Below the pieces are notes generated by a model. The model saw only the letters and a program-made list of their open reading frames with translations. It was not told the DNA's origin and searched no databases. 64,000 nucleotides of DNA. Source: Thermoplasmata archaeon. GTDB taxonomy: Archaea > Thermoplasmatota > Thermoplasmata > WALJ01. Below are positions 60,698-64,000 of this stretch, one piece after another (position 1 is the first letter of the stretch; each line of letters begins with the position of its first letter). Location: the NCBI GenBank assembly GCA_027006785.1, contig JALTFR010000042.1, forward strand, positions 30,113 through 94,112. Direction: 5' to 3'. The position numbers were made by a program, and so were the translations under genes.

Positions 60698-62587
60698 ATG
60701 AAAAAACGCTTTCTCGTTGCAACTATGGCCATAGTTTTCGCGGCCATGCAGATATCCATGCTCGGAGCAGGTGTTGCCAGTGCTGATACACAGGTTAACG
60801 GAGGATATACCGAATGTGATACGACCCTTCAGATGATACCTATGACACATACGATAGGTGGAGGGACCATACACTGGCATATCACCGGAGAGAATGCAAA
60901 GGAACTCCGAACGCTCATACTGGAAAGACTTGACAATGCCAGTATAAATTATGAAGGAAGGCTTCTGCTTCCCAATGACACTGCAGCCGGTAGAAAACAG
61001 GGAGTGATAGATGAGGCCGAAGTATGGGCCTATGTTGCAGCTGGAGATCATTCTTTCCTTCAGAACTATCTTCAGGGAATACAGAAGATGTGGGTGAATA
61101 ACCAAACAGGTGTCTTTGAGATGAATCCCTCCGGAGATAATTACAAAAGCATAATGTTCCATGGTGTGGATATAACGAGGGCGTCCCTCTCGAATAACAG
61201 AATGTATGTGGATACGAGCGGACTTCTGAACCAGGGTGTGGACTCCACTGCAGATATTGACATCTTCATGACAATAAGCATGAAGGACACCGTAAGGGTC
61301 AATGACATAGACCTGTCCAATCCGGCAGTGCTCGAGGCTCCTTTCAGATGCCTCACAGCCTTCGACAGGAATGGGGATGCCATTGATACAGTTAATTATC
61401 ATGGGGACGGAAGTATGCAGCACTGGACAATCAGTGTTGGGTTTGACAGCTTCTACAATCCAGAGATTAGAACAGGTAAACTCTATCTGATTCGGACTCC
61501 TGCCGGCGAATTATACAGGTATCAGGGAAATGTTCAGGACGGTTCCATCATACAGGAGAGTATGCAGCACAGTGATTTCAACCCTGTTGAGAACCCCCAG
61601 ATACTCTTCATAATCATGATGGTCTTCGGCTATCTTACGGTTGCTCTACCCGGTCATTTCTATCTGAAATACAGGAGCAAATACCCCAAAAAACACCGGA
61701 GCGAGGCGAAGAAACTTAAGGGTGTTCACTGGACCGCAAGGATATTCCTGCTGCTCCTGATACTCCTCTATTTCTGGCCTGTTCTCGGTACTTTCTACCT
61801 GACGGGAGCGATGTACATCGGACTGAGTGTGGGATTCGTAATAATCTCCGGAGCCGTCGGAAAGTTCGCATATGAACGTGCGGAAAATGCCATACCTCCG
61901 GAGTATTTCGAGAAAAAGGAGAAGAAAAAAGTGCGTACATTTGCCCCGGTTGCCCCTCTCAGCGATGACCTGGAGGCCGAACCGTACATATCGGATACCG
62001 AAAAGATACACTGCATCCGCTGCGGAGCACTCATAACCATAAAGAACGGTGAAAACCTCCTTAAGGTCAAATGTCCGGTCTGCGGAGCACTTCAGAAAAA
62101 GGTTGAAAGGGGATACAACCACCTTATACTAGACAGCAACCTGACCAACACCTACAATATGTTCGCTGACTTCCTCAGGGATGGAGATACCGCACTCTGC
62201 ATGAGCACAACAATGCCCGGTAAACTCAAAAGAAACTACGGACTGTCGGGCAAACTTAAGTGCGTATGGCTGACCTCAGCAGGTGGGAAGGACACTCTGG
62301 ATCCGGGAGACATAAATAAGATTGCAGAGACCGTTGAACGGTTTGCAGAGAAATTCCCGGCATCACTGGTTCTCTTCGATGGACTCGAGTATATGGTTGT
62401 TGACCACGGCTTTGACGCGGCATCGAGATTCCTGAAGAGAATCACAGACGTGGCCTCCATGAAGGATATCACTCTCCTCGTTCCGATAAATCCTGCATCT
62501 CTGACAGAAGAGGAGCTCACGGCGCTCAAGGCCATATTCGACAGGGTCGAAGCGCTGGAGGATATAGATGAAAGGGAATTCTTCTGA
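60698..62587 (+). CDS. Receptor-like membrane protein: secreted N-terminal domain, TM block, cytoplasmic zinc ribbon + DUF835/degenerate KaiC-like domain
   Basis: Signal peptide 'MKKRFLVATMAIVFAAMQISMLGAGVASA'; TMs about aa 300-390; 'CIRCGAL...CPVCGAL'; C-terminal 'LVLFDGLEYMVVDHGF...ITLLVPINPASLTEEELTALK'. Confidence 0.5.
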   Translation: MKKRFLVATMAIVFAAMQISMLGAGVASADTQVNGGYTECDTTLQMIPMTHTIGGGTIHWHITGENAKELRTLILERLDNASINYEGRLLLPNDTAAGRKQGVIDEAEVWAYVAAGDHSFLQNYLQGIQKMWVNNQTGVFEMNPSGDNYKSIMFHGVDITRASLSNNRMYVDTSGLLNQGVDSTADIDIFMTISMKDTVRVNDIDLSNPAVLEAPFRCLTAFDRNGDAIDTVNYHGDGSMQHWTISVGFDSFYNPEIRTGKLYLIRTPAGELYRYQGNVQDGSIIQESMQHSDFNPVENPQILFIIMMVFGYLTVALPGHFYLKYRSKYPKKHRSEAKKLKGVHWTARIFLLLLILLYFWPVLGTFYLTGAMYIGLSVGFVIISGAVGKFAYERAENAIPPEYFEKKEKKKVRTFAPVAPLSDDLEAEPYISDTEKIHCIRCGALITIKNGENLLKVKCPVCGALQKKVERGYNHLILDSNLTNTYNMFADFLRDGDTALCMSTTMPGKLKRNYGLSGKLKCVWLTSAGGKDTLDPGDINKIAETVERFAEKFPASLVLFDGLEYMVVDHGFDAASRFLKRITDVASMKDITLLVPINPASLTEEELTALKAIFDRVEALEDIDEREFF

Positions 62588-62588
62588 G

Positions 62589-62975
62589 ATGAAGGTGGCA
62601 GTTGCCGCGCTCTTCATCAGCGAGGGAAAGGAGTCTATGAGGAGAGAAGAGGCGCTCGCTGCAATATCCTTCAGAAGAAGGTGGATGAATCCAGAACTGG
62701 CAGAGCTTTTCATCAAAAAAGCACTTGATTCTGGTTTTATAACAGAGGATAAAGGGCGGCTGAAACCCTCATTCGACCCGTCGGAAATCGATATTCCCTT
62801 CGGATATTACTTTGACGAGAGATTGCTGGAAGAGGACGAAGACATTCCTGAAGAGGCTCTTTCCATGGACTATCCCTTCACAGACCGGGTTAAATACATA
62901 CTGTACCTGATGAAAGAGGGAAAGGACATCGACGAAGAGCTTAAAATTGCAAAGAAAGAACTACTCGGCAAATGA
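62589..62975 (+). CDS. Small acidic hypothetical protein (DUF2240-like?)
   Basis: 'ALAAISFRRRWMNPELAELFIKKALDSGFITED-GRLKPSFD' pattern; ATG 1 nt after the upstream stop. Confidence 0.3.
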   Translation: MKVAVAALFISEGKESMRREEALAAISFRRRWMNPELAELFIKKALDSGFITEDKGRLKPSFDPSEIDIPFGYYFDERLLEEDEDIPEEALSMDYPFTDRVKYILYLMKEGKDIDEELKIAKKELLGK

Positions 62976-62991
62976 AAAGAGGGAAAGGTTT

Positions 62992-64000
62992 TCAGCTGAC
63001 AAAATCGATTTCATCCGATTCTTCTTCTGCGCCCCCGAAGCTCCTTGATTCCGAGCCAACTATCTGATTGGACTTAACACCAGTTATAACTATCAGTACC
63101 CGTATTGTCCTCTCGAGTTCGGGTTCCACAGAGCAGCCCCATATTATTCTCGCCTGAGGGCTTATGCTCTCGCTAACCATCTTCGCAGCTCTCTCGGCCT
63201 CTCCGACAGTCATGTCCGGCCCGCCAACCACCCTTACGAGAGCGCCTTTTCCTTCACTTATATCCACATCACCCAGAAGTGGGGATGTCAGTGCCTCTTT
63301 CATAGCCACCTCGACCCTGTCTGATGCGGCATCGGATTCACCTATGCCTATTATGGCCATCCCCGCACCCTCCATAATGGTGCGAACGTCGTTATAGTCC
63401 AGGTTTACAAGCCCTGGTTTGGTGATTATCTCGGTAAGGCCCTTTATGGACTGCATGAGTATCTCGTCCGCAACCTTGAAAGCAGCCTCAAGTGGCATGT
63501 GAGGGACGAGCTCCAGCAGCTTATCGTTTGGTATAACTATCGTTGTATCACAGACCCTTCTGAGCTTCTCCACACCCTTCACTGCATTCTCCATCCTCTT
63601 TATTCCTTCGGCCTTGAAGGGGAGGGTAACAACGGCCATCACTAGTGCACCGGCTTCCTTTGCCTTTCTGGCGGTATAATATGCCGTACCTGTTCCCGTT
63701 CCTCCACCCATACCTGCAGTAATGAAGACTATGTCCGCATCTCCGATGGCATTTTCAATTTCATCCTCTGCCTCCTGAGCGGCTTTTTCTCCTATTTCCG
63801 GAATAGCACCTGCACCGAGGCCTCTTGTAAGCTTCTTGCCGGTGAGTATCTTCTTATGTGCCTTTATGGTGAGAAGATGCTTTGCATCCGTATTGAGAGC
63901 GATGAGGTCCGCCCCGACTATTCCTTCCTCGTAAAGCCTGTTCACTGTGTTTGAGCCTCCGCCACCGCAGCCAAGTATCCTTATCTTGACCTGCAGACTT
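62992..64000 (-). CDS. ftsZ: Cell division GTPase FtsZ (N-terminus beyond window end)
   Basis: Reverse-complement of the window end gives 'KVKIRILGCGGGGSNTVNRLYEEG'; 'GTGTGTAYYTA' tubulin signature GGGTGTG; T7 loop region. Confidence 0.85.
   Translation of the reverse strand, partial: SLQVKIRILGCGGGGSNTVNRLYEEGIVGADLIALNTDAKHLLTIKAHKKILTGKKLTRGLGAGAIPEIGEKAAQEAEDEIENAIGDADIVFITAGMGGGTGTGTAYYTARKAKEAGALVMAVVTLPFKAEGIKRMENAVKGVEKLRRVCDTTIVIPNDKLLELVPHMPLEAAFKVADEILMQSIKGLTEIITKPGLVNLDYNDVRTIMEGAGMAIIGIGESDAASDRVEVAMKEALTSPLLGDVDISEGKGALVRVVGGPDMTVGEAERAAKMVSESISPQARIIWGCSVEPELERTIRVLIVITGVKSNQIVGSESRSFGGAEEESDEIDFVS

Noticed and set aside
62568-62588. Overlapping upstream start for the small acidic protein
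   Set aside because: ATG at 62589 directly after the upstream stop is more parsimonious

Overview
This window reads as a 64-kb segment of an archaeal chromosome, most likely a Thermoplasmata-like euryarchaeon. Supporting evidence, all read from the sequence: gyrB-gyrA, a thermosome subunit, an aIF6/L31e/L39e/S19e cluster, SRP19, S8e, an archaeal DnaG, PCNA, Hel308, FtsZ, a stand-alone 5S rRNA gene, heavy AGA/AGG/ATA codon use, and two giant membrane-anchored N-glycosylation-rich surface proteins. The first 7 kb, between thiI and a tRNA-Cys/cysS pair, is an accessory defense island. It holds a three-domain McrB-like GTPase (novel ~340-aa N-domain, EVE/PUA-like reader, AAA+ GTPase), McrC, and a solitary OLD-family ATPase-TOPRIM nuclease. 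The McrBC module is bracketed by a ~37-bp direct repeat. The remaining accessory-type content is: a HicBA pair; a 1953-aa and a 2745-aa surface glycoprotein, the second with near-identical internal DNA repeats; a three-gene KaiC-like ATPase cassette; a nrdR-nrdD-nrdG operon whose NrdD carries a C-terminal CPHC thioredoxin-fold fusion; a PPAT-YjjX fusion; a Tad/Epd-like pilus locus with two paralogous ATPases flanking a split platform protein and no pilin; and a receptor-like membrane protein with a degenerate KaiC-like cytoplasmic domain. No CRISPR array, transposase or integrase was seen. All calls rest on motif reading and the supplied ORF track; no database search was run.
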